Source of the DNA: an uncultured Eubacteriales bacterium
GTDB taxonomy: Bacteria > Bacillota > Clostridia > Oscillospirales > CAG-272
Reading direction: 5' to 3'
Length of the DNA stretch: 64,000 bases
Assembly: GCA_934486825.1 (NCBI GenBank)
Contig: CAKSQF010000009.1
Span: 11,298 to 75,297 of the forward strand
Shown: piece after piece, positions 34,092-43,852 of the stretch
How the letters are laid out: every line of letters starts with the position of its first letter
Numbering within the stretch: the first letter of the stretch is position 1
Translations under genes and position numbers: made by a program
Notes under the pieces: model-generated
What the model was told of the DNA's origin: nothing
The model's input: the letters and a program-made list of their open reading frames with translations, nothing else
Databases searched by the model: none

Positions 34092-34403
34092 TTACTTATT
34101 GAACCTGTTCATAACATCAATGCCGAAGTCAAGCGCCTCAAAAAGTCCGTTTTTATTGAATTGCTTCAGAATTCTTTCGTGGGGTTTTTTCGTTACATCG
34201 GTACTTACTACCTGACCGAGTATAGTGTCCGGAATTTCGGCTTTCACTGTGGGATCCTTGGTATTTACAGTCTTATTCGACAGAATCATCAAAAAAAGAA
34301 CAGCTTTATTGGTCATACTTCCGTAACACAGGGTATTATTCTCTCTTACGAGCGGCTGACCTTTATATATAAGATATTTTCCGTTTACAGTCGTCACTAT
34401 CAT
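34092..34403 (-). CDS. Hypothetical protein
   Basis: Start at ATG 34403 (GGAGGG upstream). 103 aa (MIVTTVNGKYLIYKGQPLVREN...). No recognisable motif. Confidence 0.5.
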   Translation of the reverse strand: MIVTTVNGKYLIYKGQPLVRENNTLCYGSMTNKAVLFLMILSNKTVNTKDPTVKAEIPDTILGQVVSTDVTKKPHERILKQFNKNGLFEALDFGIDVMNRFNK

Positions 34404-34480
34404 TTCCCTCCTCATTATTTGCTATATTTATATGATTATACATCATTTTTTTCTTTCAAATATGTATTTTATGTTAATTT

Positions 34481-35611
34481 TCACATCAAAAGCGGTTTTT
34501 TATCAAACACATCACGATTTTCGCCCGAAACAAGCGCATAAACCGAATCGGCGACAAGCGAAAAATCATTGCTGTCGGAAATGTCATCGCTCGCTCTTGC
34601 GGTCGTTACCACCTCTATCTCCGAACATTCCGAGATCTGTCTCAGAAGCTTCCGCCCACATTCATTTGCCCCGAGAAGCCTTATCGACTTCGGTTCGGCA
34701 TGCAATCTGTCGGGTGTAACTCCGAAAAACGAAAGAAATATTGCCCGTCTGATCCTTGCCCTTGTATATGTTTTATTTGCCGCACATTCCACAAGCGCAC
34801 TTACCGATGTCTGTCTCATTGATGCCTTTACCAGCTTACATGCAAGATCATAAGACATATCGGCAAAGACTGCAAGTCTTTGGGGGTCGGACAGGCGCAG
34901 AAACGGCAACAATGTCTTTGAAAAATCATCGATTTGCACCGTTTTGTTTTCCGCGATCAACCCGGACATAACCTCCGGCAGAAGATCGGTTGTCGGTTCA
35001 TTTTCCATGATTCTTTTTCTTGCCGCCGTTGCTCCGAATCCGCTTACTCGTTTTATTACAAGCGGCTTTATTTTCGATCCGCGCTTCTTCAGTGCGATGA
35101 GATACTCCACGGCAAGAATATCGTTTGAGCCGATCGGCAGATTATTACCCGTCAGTCTCTTATAGACGCGCTCACGTACAGCCGCATAAGACATTTTTCC
35201 GTAAAAATCGGAAAGGTCTTCCGAAAGTGCCTTTTCAAAAGCATCCGAGGATATAACATCGGCACATTCCGACAAAACCCCGGCGTCACCCGTTTCGCTT
35301 CCGAAGCAGAGGTAATCGACACAGCCGAGCCGATCAAACATTCCCACAGCACAGTCGGCAAAAATCTTTGCGGGGGCGCAGGAATAAGGAAACGGATATT
35401 CAAAAACCAGATCGACACCGCAGGAGAGTGCCGCCCTCGTCCGTAATTCCTTTGACAGAATCGCAGGTTCGCCGCGCTGAACATAGCTGCCCGACATAAG
35501 CGCAAGCTTCGTATTGTACCCTCCCCCGAGAAGCTCGTCCGCCTTACGGAGCTGTTCGGCATGGCCGTTATGAAAGGGATTATATTCACAGATTATACCG
35601 ACGTTTGCCAT
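34481..35611 (-). CDS. tmcAL: tRNA(Met) cytidine acetate ligase (TmcAL, UPF0348/DUF795 nucleotidyltransferase)
   Basis: MANVGIICEYNPFHNGHAEQL is the hallmark N-terminus (HxGH-type nucleotidyltransferase). Start at 35611 or 35617. The longer ORF-track start would run through tRNA-Pro. Confidence 0.8.
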   Translation of the reverse strand: MANVGIICEYNPFHNGHAEQLRKADELLGGGYNTKLALMSGSYVQRGEPAILSKELRTRAALSCGVDLVFEYPFPYSCAPAKIFADCAVGMFDRLGCVDYLCFGSETGDAGVLSECADVISSDAFEKALSEDLSDFYGKMSYAAVRERVYKRLTGNNLPIGSNDILAVEYLIALKKRGSKIKPLVIKRVSGFGATAARKRIMENEPTTDLLPEVMSGLIAENKTVQIDDFSKTLLPFLRLSDPQRLAVFADMSYDLACKLVKASMRQTSVSALVECAANKTYTRARIRRAIFLSFFGVTPDRLHAEPKSIRLLGANECGRKLLRQISECSEIEVVTTARASDDISDSNDFSLVADSVYALVSGENRDVFDKKPLLM

Positions 35612-35654
35612 CTTCATCACCCCTGTTCTTCGGACAAAAAATTTTATACATTCA

Positions 35655-35684
35655 CGAAAAAAGGCACGCCGAAGCGTGCCTTTT
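35655..35684. terminator. Bidirectional hairpin terminator downstream of tRNA-Pro
   Basis: Stem aggcacgc / gcgtgcct with a CGAA loop, flanked by A6 and T4 runs. Confidence 0.6.
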
Positions 35685-35723
35685 TCACGAAAGCGTCTTT
35701 TCGGGCTTTCGCCGCAGAAAATC

Positions 35724-35800
35724 TGGTCGGAGTGGCGCGATTCGAACGCGCGGCCTCTTGGACCCGAACCAAGCACTCTACCAAGCTGAGCCACACCCCG
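35724..35800 (-). tRNA. tRNA-Pro (anticodon CGG)
   Basis: Reverse complement CGGGGTGTGGCTCAGCTTGGTAGAGTGCTTGGTTCGGGTCCAAGAGGCCGCGCGTTCGAATCGCGCCACTCCGACCA folds as a cloverleaf. Anticodon loop TTCGGGT, G37, and an encoded CCA. Confidence 0.9.
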
Positions 35801-35971
35801 TTACCGACGCCGCTTATTATAGCACAAAAAAAACGCATTGTCAAGTTTTTTTACAAACTTTTTTGCAATCTCCCGAAAAAGGTTGGCAAAAACGAAAAAA
35901 GCGGTACGTCCCCCGAAGATTTGATTTCTTTTATCGCTCCGGGGGACAGTTGACCCTCTGTTTACCGACAA

Positions 35972-37003
35972 TTATTTCAGTTCATCGACAAAATAGCCGC
36001 GCGTATACGCATGACTTCCGTCGTGACCTTTTACGGTCACCCTTATAAACGATCCGTTTGAATCGTTTTCATCAGACGCGGAGATTTCGATATAATCACT
36101 CAGATCAATATCCGCCGAAATATCCGAACCTCCCACGGGAGCTTTTCTGATCCATGCGGCGCGACGCTCGGTTGTCACATACACTTCCCTTGCCTTGTGA
36201 CAATCGATGTGCAGTTTTCCGTCTTCAATATAGAGTGTCTCGATCTCCGGACCGGTAGAAGCGTAAAAGTCGCCCCTTTCAAGTGCCGCAAACACGCTGT
36301 CATAATCAAGGCTTCCGGCTTTGACCATGATATATCCGCCGAATCTGTCATGCTCGTTATGCGAATCATCGGATGCTATCGGGAAAACCTGTTTACCGGC
36401 ACGCAGGAAATCATCGATTACAATGATATCATCATCAAGCGGATATCCGCCTCTTACGCATCCCGTGTTATAACATTCGGCTCCCCAGAGTCCGTTAAGC
36501 CCGATATAATCATTATAGGTCTGCTGTGACCAGCTGTGATGATTGTAGCAGACAATGAAGCCTCTTTCCTTTGCAAGTCTTATAAGTTCGTTCACGCCGT
36601 CTGTCGAATACACTCTCGGGGTTTCGAATACGGTATTTTCCTTTGTCAGGCAGCATCTCATTCTTGCGGGCCAGAAACATTTATCATTGAAAAGCGGCAT
36701 TCTTGTTTCATCGGGATTTCTTGAATACAGATTCAGATGATATGTATGCTTGAATTCATATTTTCCGCTGTCTTTATCGTCAACCGATATTTCGTGTGAT
36801 GTTATCGGCAGGAAGTTATCGTCGCGAAGCTCGGGATGCGGAAGCATCAGCTCATGATCGGTAAAAGCGACTATGGAATATCCCATTTCCATATATGCTT
36901 TTTTCGTTTCCTCGGGTGTAAATTTCCCGTCAGAAACGGTCGTATGCATATGCATGTTCGCTTTGTAAAAATTTCCGTATTCGGGCAAAAGGTACTTTCT
37001 CAT
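35972..37003 (-). CDS. PHP domain metal-dependent phosphoesterase
   Basis: N-terminal ANMHMHTTVSDG and later FTDHE are PHP-domain His/Asp metal ligands. 343 aa. Confidence 0.75.
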   Translation of the reverse strand: MRKYLLPEYGNFYKANMHMHTTVSDGKFTPEETKKAYMEMGYSIVAFTDHELMLPHPELRDDNFLPITSHEISVDDKDSGKYEFKHTYHLNLYSRNPDETRMPLFNDKCFWPARMRCCLTKENTVFETPRVYSTDGVNELIRLAKERGFIVCYNHHSWSQQTYNDYIGLNGLWGAECYNTGCVRGGYPLDDDIIVIDDFLRAGKQVFPIASDDSHNEHDRFGGYIMVKAGSLDYDSVFAALERGDFYASTGPEIETLYIEDGKLHIDCHKAREVYVTTERRAAWIRKAPVGGSDISADIDLSDYIEISASDENDSNGSFIRVTVKGHDGSHAYTRGYFVDELK

Positions 37004-37045
37004 GATCTGCTCCTTTTTATTGTTTATTTATGCATTGCCTATGCA

Positions 37046-38587
37046 TTATTCCCAATACTTTCTGTCAAGCGAGCGCAGCTGTATCGCTTCGGCTATATGC
37101 GAGGCTGTAATGATTTCGCTTCTGTCCAGATCGGCTATCGTCCTTGCCACACGCAGAACACGGTCATGTCCGCGAGCCGACAGTCCGAGCGTTTCGAAGG
37201 CTTCGCCGAGAAGTGCCTTTGCTTCGTCGTCCATTTTACAGTATTTCCGTATCATCGACGGGGTCATATCGCTGTTTGAGCGCACGCCGTCCTCTCCTTC
37301 AAGCCGTCCTGCCGCATATTCTCTTGCGGCATTTACGCGTTCGCGTATTGCCGACGACGGCTCCGGCACAACCTCCGAAGACATTTCGTCAAAGGATATC
37401 GGCGGCACCTCGATCTGGATATCTATACGATCAAGCAAAGGACCGCTTATTTTCGACATATATTTCTTTATATCAGCCGGTTTACAGGTACACCGCCTTG
37501 TCGGATGTCCGAAATTACCGCATTTACACGGATTCATTGCGCACACAAGCATGATATGACACGGAAATCTGCATCTGCCCGCCGCGCGTGTTATTGTTAT
37601 TTCTCCATCCTCAAGCGGCTGTCTGAGGGTCTCGGTGACCTGTTTATTGAATTCGGGAAGCTCGTCAAGAAAAAGAACCCCGTTATCGGCAAGCGATATC
37701 TCGCCCGGCATCGGTATCGCGCCGCCTCCGGCAAGAGATGCCGCCGACATTGTATGATGCGGCGATCTGAACGGGCGCCTTGTTACAAGCGCACTGTCTC
37801 CGTCAAGGATTCCGGCTATCGAATGTATCTTTGTCGTCTCTACCGCCTCTTCATAGGTCATTGCGGGAAGTATTGACGGTATACGCTTGGCAAGCATACT
37901 TTTTCCCGTCCCGGGAGGCCCTATCATAAGCACGTTATGACCGCCCGCGCATGCGATCTCAAGTGCACGCCGCACCTGCTCCTGCCCCTTCACATCGACG
38001 AAATCGGGAAGCGAACGGTCATTTGTCATCGGAACAAAGGACGATTTATCATACTTCACAGGCTCAATCGTTATCACCGAGTTCAGACAGTCCACAAGCG
38101 TCTTAACGTCGCGAACCGGATAAACATCGACACCCTCGACAACGCTTGCTTCAAGCACATTGGCTTCGGGAACATATATTTTCTCAACTCCCGCCTCGGC
38201 GGCGGCAAGGCACATACAAAGCACACCTCTGACGCCTCTTATCTCTCCCGAAAGCGAAAGCTCGCCGATAAGACAGGTTTTGGACAGATCGACACTGCGG
38301 TCAAGTATTCCCGCCCCGTCAAGTATTCCGGTAAGTATGGGCAGATCAAGTGCCGAACCCGATTTTTTCAGATCGGCGGGAGCAAGATTCACTACTATCG
38401 CGCCCTCGGGGAAAGGTATCCCGCTGTTTTCGGCAGCCGCACGCACGCGTTCCTTTGCTTCCTTGACGGCATTATCGGGAAGTCCGACTATCTGAAAATC
38501 GGACAGCTTATCAGCCACTTCACATTCAACCGTTACAGTATATCCGTCGACGCCCGAAAGTGACGCGCCGTAAAGTCTCGACAGCAT
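37046..38587 (-). CDS. YifB/ComM family Mg-chelatase-like AAA+ ATPase
   Basis: Lon-like N-terminal domain ([18 protein letters not shown]), Walker A GPPGTGKS, Walker [10 protein letters not shown] and a C-terminal chelatase subdomain. Confidence 0.85.
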   Translation of the reverse strand: MLSRLYGASLSGVDGYTVTVECEVADKLSDFQIVGLPDNAVKEAKERVRAAAENSGIPFPEGAIVVNLAPADLKKSGSALDLPILTGILDGAGILDRSVDLSKTCLIGELSLSGEIRGVRGVLCMCLAAAEAGVEKIYVPEANVLEASVVEGVDVYPVRDVKTLVDCLNSVITIEPVKYDKSSFVPMTNDRSLPDFVDVKGQEQVRRALEIACAGGHNVLMIGPPGTGKSMLAKRIPSILPAMTYEEAVETTKIHSIAGILDGDSALVTRRPFRSPHHTMSAASLAGGGAIPMPGEISLADNGVLFLDELPEFNKQVTETLRQPLEDGEITITRAAGRCRFPCHIMLVCAMNPCKCGNFGHPTRRCTCKPADIKKYMSKISGPLLDRIDIQIEVPPISFDEMSSEVVPEPSSAIRERVNAAREYAAGRLEGEDGVRSNSDMTPSMIRKYCKMDDEAKALLGEAFETLGLSARGHDRVLRVARTIADLDRSEIITASHIAEAIQLRSLDRKYWE

Positions 38588-38679
38588 TTATACTTCCTCC
38601 GATAATATCTTTCATTTATGAAATCTGCCTTATTTTAGCATACTTTTTATGAAGTGTCAACACAATTTTCCCGAAAAAC

Positions 38680-38725
38680 CGAAAATGCCGCAGAACCCAT
38701 ACAAAGGTTCTGCGGCATTTTTTAT
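38680..38725 (-). terminator. Rho-independent terminator of pfkA
   Basis: 14-bp stem aatgccgcagaacc / ggttctgcggcatt, with T-rich sequence following on both strands. Confidence 0.7.
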
Positions 38726-38726
38726 T

Positions 38727-39809
38727 TTACTTTGATATAGTATTCGATATATCGTAAAGATCCTTAATTGCCTGAAGCTTTTTACGGCAGAAATCATTCA
38801 TCTGCTCTCTCTGCTCAGCGGTATATCCGGCAAGAAGCTTTTCTTCGTCTTCCTTCTTATATCCCGCATACTTGCTCTTGAACAGCTTGTCAAGCTTCAG
38901 CGCATAGCTTATTTCGGTAGTGCAGATCTTACCGTTGCGCTGGCACACAACGAGATCGGACTTACCGTCAAGAAGCAGTCTGACCGCCTCAACGCCCATC
39001 ACCGAACCGAGCTCACGGTCAACAAGAGTAGGATTACCGCCTCTTACGACATGCGCAAGCCGTGCAAATCTGGATTCTATTCCGGTCTGCTCCTCTATAC
39101 GCTTTGTCAGTCCCTCGGCGTATCCGACAAGTCCTTCCGAAACGACTATCAGGAAATTTCTCTTTCCGCCGGCACGTGACTCCTTCATCTTTGCAATAAT
39201 ATCCTCTTCCCTGAACGGAATCTCAACAAGGCAGGTTGCGGTTGCGCCGACAGCCATACCGACGTTCAGAGCTATATATCCCGCATTTCTTCCCATGACC
39301 TCTATAACATCGCAGCGTGCATGCGATTCGCAGGTGTCTCTGAGCCGGTCGATCATTTCAACCGAGGTATTCATCGCGGTATCGTAACCGATAGTCGCCT
39401 CGGTCGCCGTTATATCGTTATCGATTGTTCCGGGAAGACCGATCGTCGGTATACCCCGCAGAGATATATCGGTAGCGCCGCGGAAGGTTCCGTCGCCGCC
39501 TATTGCAACTATACCGTCGATTTTATATTTTTCGCAGTTTGCGATCGCCTTAGCCATTCCCTCTTCGGTTCTGAATTCGTCGCTCCGTGCGGAGTAAAGT
39601 ATGGTTCCGCCCTGATGAATTATATTTGCAACATCATGTGTATTGAAGACCTTCATATTTCCTTCAATAAGTCCCTTGTAGCCTTCATAAATTCCGACTA
39701 CCTCAACTCCGTTTGCGGCGGCATAGCGTGTAACCGCTCTGACTGTTGCGTTCATTCCGGGAGCATCCCCGCCCGATGTAAGCACGCCTATTCTTCTGAA
39801 CTGTGGCAT
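38727..39809 (-). CDS. pfkA: ATP-dependent 6-phosphofructokinase
   Basis: Start at ATG 39809 (MPQFRRIGVLTSGGDAPGMN). GGDGT, PGTIDND and MGR motifs. C-terminal extension of ~40 aa. Confidence 0.9.
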   Translation of the reverse strand: MPQFRRIGVLTSGGDAPGMNATVRAVTRYAAANGVEVVGIYEGYKGLIEGNMKVFNTHDVANIIHQGGTILYSARSDEFRTEEGMAKAIANCEKYKIDGIVAIGGDGTFRGATDISLRGIPTIGLPGTIDNDITATEATIGYDTAMNTSVEMIDRLRDTCESHARCDVIEVMGRNAGYIALNVGMAVGATATCLVEIPFREEDIIAKMKESRAGGKRNFLIVVSEGLVGYAEGLTKRIEEQTGIESRFARLAHVVRGGNPTLVDRELGSVMGVEAVRLLLDGKSDLVVCQRNGKICTTEISYALKLDKLFKSKYAGYKKEDEEKLLAGYTAEQREQMNDFCRKKLQAIKDLYDISNTISK

Positions 39810-40061
39810 ATTAACTACCTTCCTTACATGCATAATTATAGTTCGTCTTTTTCATACGGTGCCATATTCCGCAATACCGTATACATATCTATGATAATAC
39901 TTTTTTGTCAAAAAATCAATATCTAATTATTTGTTTTTTAAACTTTCGTCATTGTGCACATTTTTACATCAAAAGCTTGTCCTTTTTGCACAAAGAAAAA
40001 CACCAAGGGAGGGTGCAAACCCTCCCCTGACGTACAAGGCAAGCCTATTTTTCGGATCGGT

Positions 40062-40238
40062 TTAATTTCCGCAACCGCAGCCGCAACCCGTATTATAGGT
40101 GTTGCCGCCGAACCCGTTCGTTGTGTTTGTGCCGTTTCCGCAGCCACAGCTGCCGTTACAGTTCATAAACAGAAGAATAAGGGCGATTATAATAAGCCAT
40201 ATGATAGGATCATCAAAAAGGTTACACAGACAGTTCAT
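40062..40238 (-). CDS. Small Cys/Gly/Asn-rich membrane peptide (58 aa)
   Basis: AGGAGG lies 6 nt before ATG 40238. MNCLCNLFDDPIIWLIIIALILLFMNCNGSCGCGNGTNTTNGFGGNTYNTGCGCGCGN is one TM helix plus a low-complexity C/G/N tail. It has its own GC-rich terminator at about 39995-40028. Confidence 0.55.
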   Translation of the reverse strand: MNCLCNLFDDPIIWLIIIALILLFMNCNGSCGCGNGTNTTNGFGGNTYNTGCGCGCGN

Positions 40239-40339
40239 TTTGTTCCTCCTGAATTTTTTCAAGCGGTTTTCCGCTCTTCTTTAATATCATATGAGAAACA
40301 GACTTATTTGTTACTGCTTTTTGAGGCCGTACCATGACT

Positions 40340-40993
40340 TCATTCGAGATTTATTTCGTCGGTAGACAAAAATTCCATTGCGCTCCCCACCCCGGTCAGT
40401 GGGAAATCGGCAACCCCGCCGCAACCCTCACAGTATATCCTTATATACTTATCCATTACCGTGTACTTATAGGACGCACGTTCGGGTGTTTTACATCTGC
40501 AATGTATTTTTCCCTCTTCTTTCAGATCGGCGAGCATGAATCTTACCACCTCGTCGACCTCGGGATCTGCGCGGTATTCGTTTTTTTCTTCGCTGCGGAG
40601 AAGCGAAAGATCGTCAAGTCCCGCATCCTCCATCATACGCACAAGCTCTTTGTTTGCATCTTCGACGGCATCCTGCACGGCATCCTTTTTACCTATAAAG
40701 CAGAGGTCTATTCCGGTATACGTGCAGGGCAGTCTGAACACGTCCCCGTCACCTCCGAAGAAGGTATTCGATCCGAGCAGAAAATTATGCGGTTTTTCAC
40801 ACACCAGACAGGGGACGGTCATCCGCAGTTTTCTGTCGGGCGTATACACCATTGTAAGCTCGGAGCCGCCGCAGCTGCATTTGAGTTTCAGCATATCACC
40901 GGACAGTGCGAAAACTCCGACCATACTCATAACGCTCGCTCCGCACGCCGGGCATCTGTATGCAACAGTTGTTTCCTTTTTATCTATAAGCAT
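40340..40993 (-). CDS. Multi-CxxC (zinc-ribbon-like) protein, unknown function
   Basis: 217 aa with CPAC...CSC, CLVC, CRC and CEGC pairs, and an acidic central linker. Confidence 0.5.
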   Translation of the reverse strand: MLIDKKETTVAYRCPACGASVMSMVGVFALSGDMLKLKCSCGGSELTMVYTPDRKLRMTVPCLVCEKPHNFLLGSNTFFGGDGDVFRLPCTYTGIDLCFIGKKDAVQDAVEDANKELVRMMEDAGLDDLSLLRSEEKNEYRADPEVDEVVRFMLADLKEEGKIHCRCKTPERASYKYTVMDKYIRIYCEGCGGVADFPLTGVGSAMEFLSTDEINLE

Positions 40994-41012
40994 ATAGTCT
41001 GCCTATCCTTTC

Positions 41013-41834
41013 TCATTTCAAGATAACATAGGGGGCTTTCTTCAATCGGTCGTTTTCGGCAGGCGGAAGCGCTTTTTCGATTTTATACTTTTCCCCGCCT
41101 ATGTAGGGATCATATATCGGAAGAGTAAGCCTTACCGACAGTCCCTTCTCCTTTTTATCAGGGTAAAACTCAAGCGGAGAATCAAGCCTTACGTCGCCGA
41201 CATAATAAACATTCAGATAAAGCGTACTCTTCTCGGGCAGTTCGACATCCGAAAAAACAAGTCTGCGGTATTCATAGGTAAATTTCGAAAAAGAGGTATA
41301 GCTGTAATCGGTCGCGTAGGCATCCCCGCTTTCCCCGACGCCGTCAAGCGCGAAAAAGAAAAGCTCACCCTGCGGAACGGTCTCAAAGCCGTAGACTTCC
41401 TTCAGCGCCTCAACCGCCGTTCTGTTGTATCTTACGGTAACGATAAGCTCTTTTGTGGTTCTGACATAAATCATATTGCTTACGCGGAAGGTTCCGTCGG
41501 AGGTGATATCGTTATAGGTTACTGTCTCATACTGCGGTATTCCGTTCTCGTCTTCGCCGATCTGCCTCTGATATGTGCGTATCTTTTGCGAAAACACATC
41601 AAAACCGTCCTTATTATTTTCATATGCGGCAACAGACTTATCTGTCCATATAAAGCTTTTGGCTTCCTTCGGATCGGATTTTATGAATATACGGAACATT
41701 ATCAGTCCGTATACCAGCACTATCAGTGCAAGCCCGACATATCTGAACACCTTCCCGACTCTGCTTTTCGGTTTTACGTCACCATCCGAATAGTAATCGT
41801 TATCCATTGTCTGATTATCCATTACCTGCGGCAC
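41013..41834 (-). CDS. Single-pass membrane protein, unknown function
   Basis: 273 aa. An N-terminal cytoplasmic tail, the TM helix FRYVGLALIVLVYGLIMFRIFI, and an extracytoplasmic beta-rich domain. Confidence 0.5.
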   Translation of the reverse strand: MPQVMDNQTMDNDYYSDGDVKPKSRVGKVFRYVGLALIVLVYGLIMFRIFIKSDPKEAKSFIWTDKSVAAYENNKDGFDVFSQKIRTYQRQIGEDENGIPQYETVTYNDITSDGTFRVSNMIYVRTTKELIVTVRYNRTAVEALKEVYGFETVPQGELFFFALDGVGESGDAYATDYSYTSFSKFTYEYRRLVFSDVELPEKSTLYLNVYYVGDVRLDSPLEFYPDKKEKGLSVRLTLPIYDPYIGGEKYKIEKALPPAENDRLKKAPYVILK

Positions 41835-41966
41835 ATCCTCTCCGACTGTTTTCTCTATGATATTTTACCACATTTTTTTCAAATATGCAATAGCTTTTGA
41901 TATCGACAAAAATCGATCTTGTAAATCTTTTATTAATAAAGAATGTCGGGAATCATCCCGAAATCA

Positions 41967-41995
41967 TTGACATTCTGACCGCCGCATGATAAAAT
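41967..41995 (+). promoter_or_regulatory. Sigma-70-type promoter for the DUF1294 gene
   Basis: TTGACA (41967-41972), 17-nt spacer, TGaTAAAAT extended -10 (41990-41995). Confidence 0.5.
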
Positions 41996-42027
41996 GGAGA
42001 AAGAAAAATCCGAAAGGTTTGAGAGTT

Positions 42028-42684
42028 ATGGCTTTTTTCAGATTATCCGGCAGTTTTCTCGGCGAAAGACTGCTTTTTGTCATTATCTGGCTTGTGCTTA
42101 CAAACGCACTTGCGTTTATCCTGTGCGGCGAGGACGAAAACCGTGCCGCGCACGGCAAGGCGCGCTATCCTTTTTTGATATTCCTGCTTGTTGCGCTTCT
42201 CGGCGGAGCGCTCGGCGCCCTGATCGGACACATAATCCATCACCGGCGAAACAAACAGTTTCTCCGCGGGCTGACATATGCCCTCCTCGTGCTTTGCGGA
42301 CTTGCCTTTACGGTTCTTTGCATAATCTATGCCGAGAAATCTCCGCTCGACTACATCAAAGGGATGCAGACCGACGCGGCTGCGGCTGTACACTTTCAGG
42401 CAAAGATATTTTCCCCTTATTTCAAAGCGGCAATCATCTGGTCCGCCGTTACCGGAACCGCGGCTTTTATCATGTTCGGAATCGACAAGCTGCATGCAGT
42501 CAGAAAAAAGCGGCGCATCCCCGAGCTTTGGCTTCTGATATCCGCCTTCATCGGCGGCGGTGCCGGCGCACTGCTCGGCATGATAGTATTCAGACACAAG
42601 ATCCGCCACGCAAAATTTTACGTAACCGTCCCGATTCTGTTCATTCTGCAGGTCGCATTTCTGCTCTGCGTCAGGTTCGGCTGA
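42028..42684 (+). CDS. DUF1294 domain membrane protein (tandem domains)
   Basis: Start at ATG 42028. The second half, FGIDKLHAVRKKRRIPELWLLISAFIGGGAGALLGMIVFRHKIRHAKF, matches the DUF1294 pattern. The first half (CGEDENRAAHGKARYP...GGALGALIGH) is a degenerate copy. Confidence 0.7.
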   Translation: MAFFRLSGSFLGERLLFVIIWLVLTNALAFILCGEDENRAAHGKARYPFLIFLLVALLGGALGALIGHIIHHRRNKQFLRGLTYALLVLCGLAFTVLCIIYAEKSPLDYIKGMQTDAAAAVHFQAKIFSPYFKAAIIWSAVTGTAAFIMFGIDKLHAVRKKRRIPELWLLISAFIGGGAGALLGMIVFRHKIRHAKFYVTVPILFILQVAFLLCVRFG

Positions 42685-42737
42685 CAGGTTACACGAAAAA
42701 TCATCCCCGACAGAGTCTCTGTCGGGGATGATTCATA

Positions 42738-43832
42738 TTACTGTTCGTCAAAATAGAAGGCTTTGCCTGTTCTCGACGACTCGTAAATACCCTCAAGTAT
42801 TCTTGTAACGCAGTACGCCTGCTCGGGAAGCACGCACGGCTTTGTACGGTTTACTACCGCATCGATCCACTGTCTTGCCTCGATAACCGACATATCCTCG
42901 TTTCCGTTACCGTCATAGAATGCGGCTCCGCCGGTTGTCATATTAACCTTTGTCATATACATTCTGCCGCCCTTTACGCCGTTGAAGCGAAGTCCGTCAT
43001 TCATATCGGCGCCGCCGAGTGTTCCGCAGAGTGTGGTCACGGCTTCGCGGGGATCGGCATAGTTGAGTGCCCACGACGATTCAAGAATGATTGTCGCCCC
43101 GTTTTCCATTACGACAAATCCGAATGCCGAATCCTCGACAGTCATCTTCTCGGGGTCCCATGCACCCCATGCGTTGCCCTGAAGATCGGCGGGAAGCTTT
43201 CCGAGCTTATGATATGTGGTTCCCATGCACATCTTCGGCTTGTAATTATTCATCATCCAGAGCGTCAGGTCAAGAGCGTGGGTTCCTATATCGATAAGCG
43301 GACCGCCGCCCTGTTCATATTCGTTCATGAACACGCCCCATGTCGGAACCTGACGGCGGCGTATTGCGGTTGCCTTTGCGAAATAGATATCGCCGAGGGT
43401 TCCCTCTTCAACCTCGTGCTTTAAGTAACGGGAATCGGCTCTCTGCCTGCTCTGATAGCCGATAGTCAGCAGTCTGCCGGTACGTTCTGCGGCATCAAGC
43501 ATTTTCTTTGCCTCAACCGAATTGATTGCCATCGGCTTTTCGCACATAACGTCCTTACCCGCTTCAAGAGCATCGACAGTAATAAAGCTGTGTGAGCGAT
43601 TCGGAGTACATACATGCACGACATCTATCGATTTGTCGGCAAGAAGCTCCTTATAATCGGTATAAACCTTTGCGTCGGCACTTCCGTACTGATTCTTTGC
43701 CTTTACGGCTCTTTCCTCGATAATATCGCAGAAAGCAACCATCTCGACATTGTCAAGATGCTTCAGTGACGGCATATGCTTACCGTTTGCGATACCTCCG
43801 CATCCGATAATTCCGATTCTGATCTTATTCAT
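42738..43832 (-). CDS. Gfo/Idh/MocA family oxidoreductase
   Basis: N-terminal Rossmann motif IGIIGCGGIANGKH, the EKP motif (MCEKPMA) and a C-terminal alpha/beta domain. Confidence 0.85.
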   Translation of the reverse strand: MNKIRIGIIGCGGIANGKHMPSLKHLDNVEMVAFCDIIEERAVKAKNQYGSADAKVYTDYKELLADKSIDVVHVCTPNRSHSFITVDALEAGKDVMCEKPMAINSVEAKKMLDAAERTGRLLTIGYQSRQRADSRYLKHEVEEGTLGDIYFAKATAIRRRQVPTWGVFMNEYEQGGGPLIDIGTHALDLTLWMMNNYKPKMCMGTTYHKLGKLPADLQGNAWGAWDPEKMTVEDSAFGFVVMENGATIILESSWALNYADPREAVTTLCGTLGGADMNDGLRFNGVKGGRMYMTKVNMTTGGAAFYDGNGNEDMSVIEARQWIDAVVNRTKPCVLPEQAYCVTRILEGIYESSRTGKAFYFDEQ

Positions 43833-43852
43833 ATCTGTATCCTCATTTCTTT

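Noticed and set aside
35612-35794. N-terminal extension of the TmcAL ORF (track start 35794).
   Set aside because: The extension runs through tRNA-Pro (35724-35800) and a terminator hairpin. The family's hallmark N-terminus begins at MANVGIICEYNPFHNGH, which has a nearby SD.
40062-40160. Periodic GC-rich DNA (ggttgcggctgcggttgcgg…) considered as a tandem repeat or mini-array.
   Set aside because: It is the coding sequence for the GCGCGCGN / CGCGNG tail of a small ORF with a good RBS and terminator. There is no spacer-repeat organisation.
41994-42731. 245-aa Arg/Cys-rich ORF on the plus strand overlapping the DUF1294 gene in another frame.
   Set aside because: It has no RBS, and its composition is typical of an off-frame read of a GC-rich membrane-protein gene. 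The in-frame DUF1294 motifs and the promoter/RBS geometry support the 42028 frame instead.
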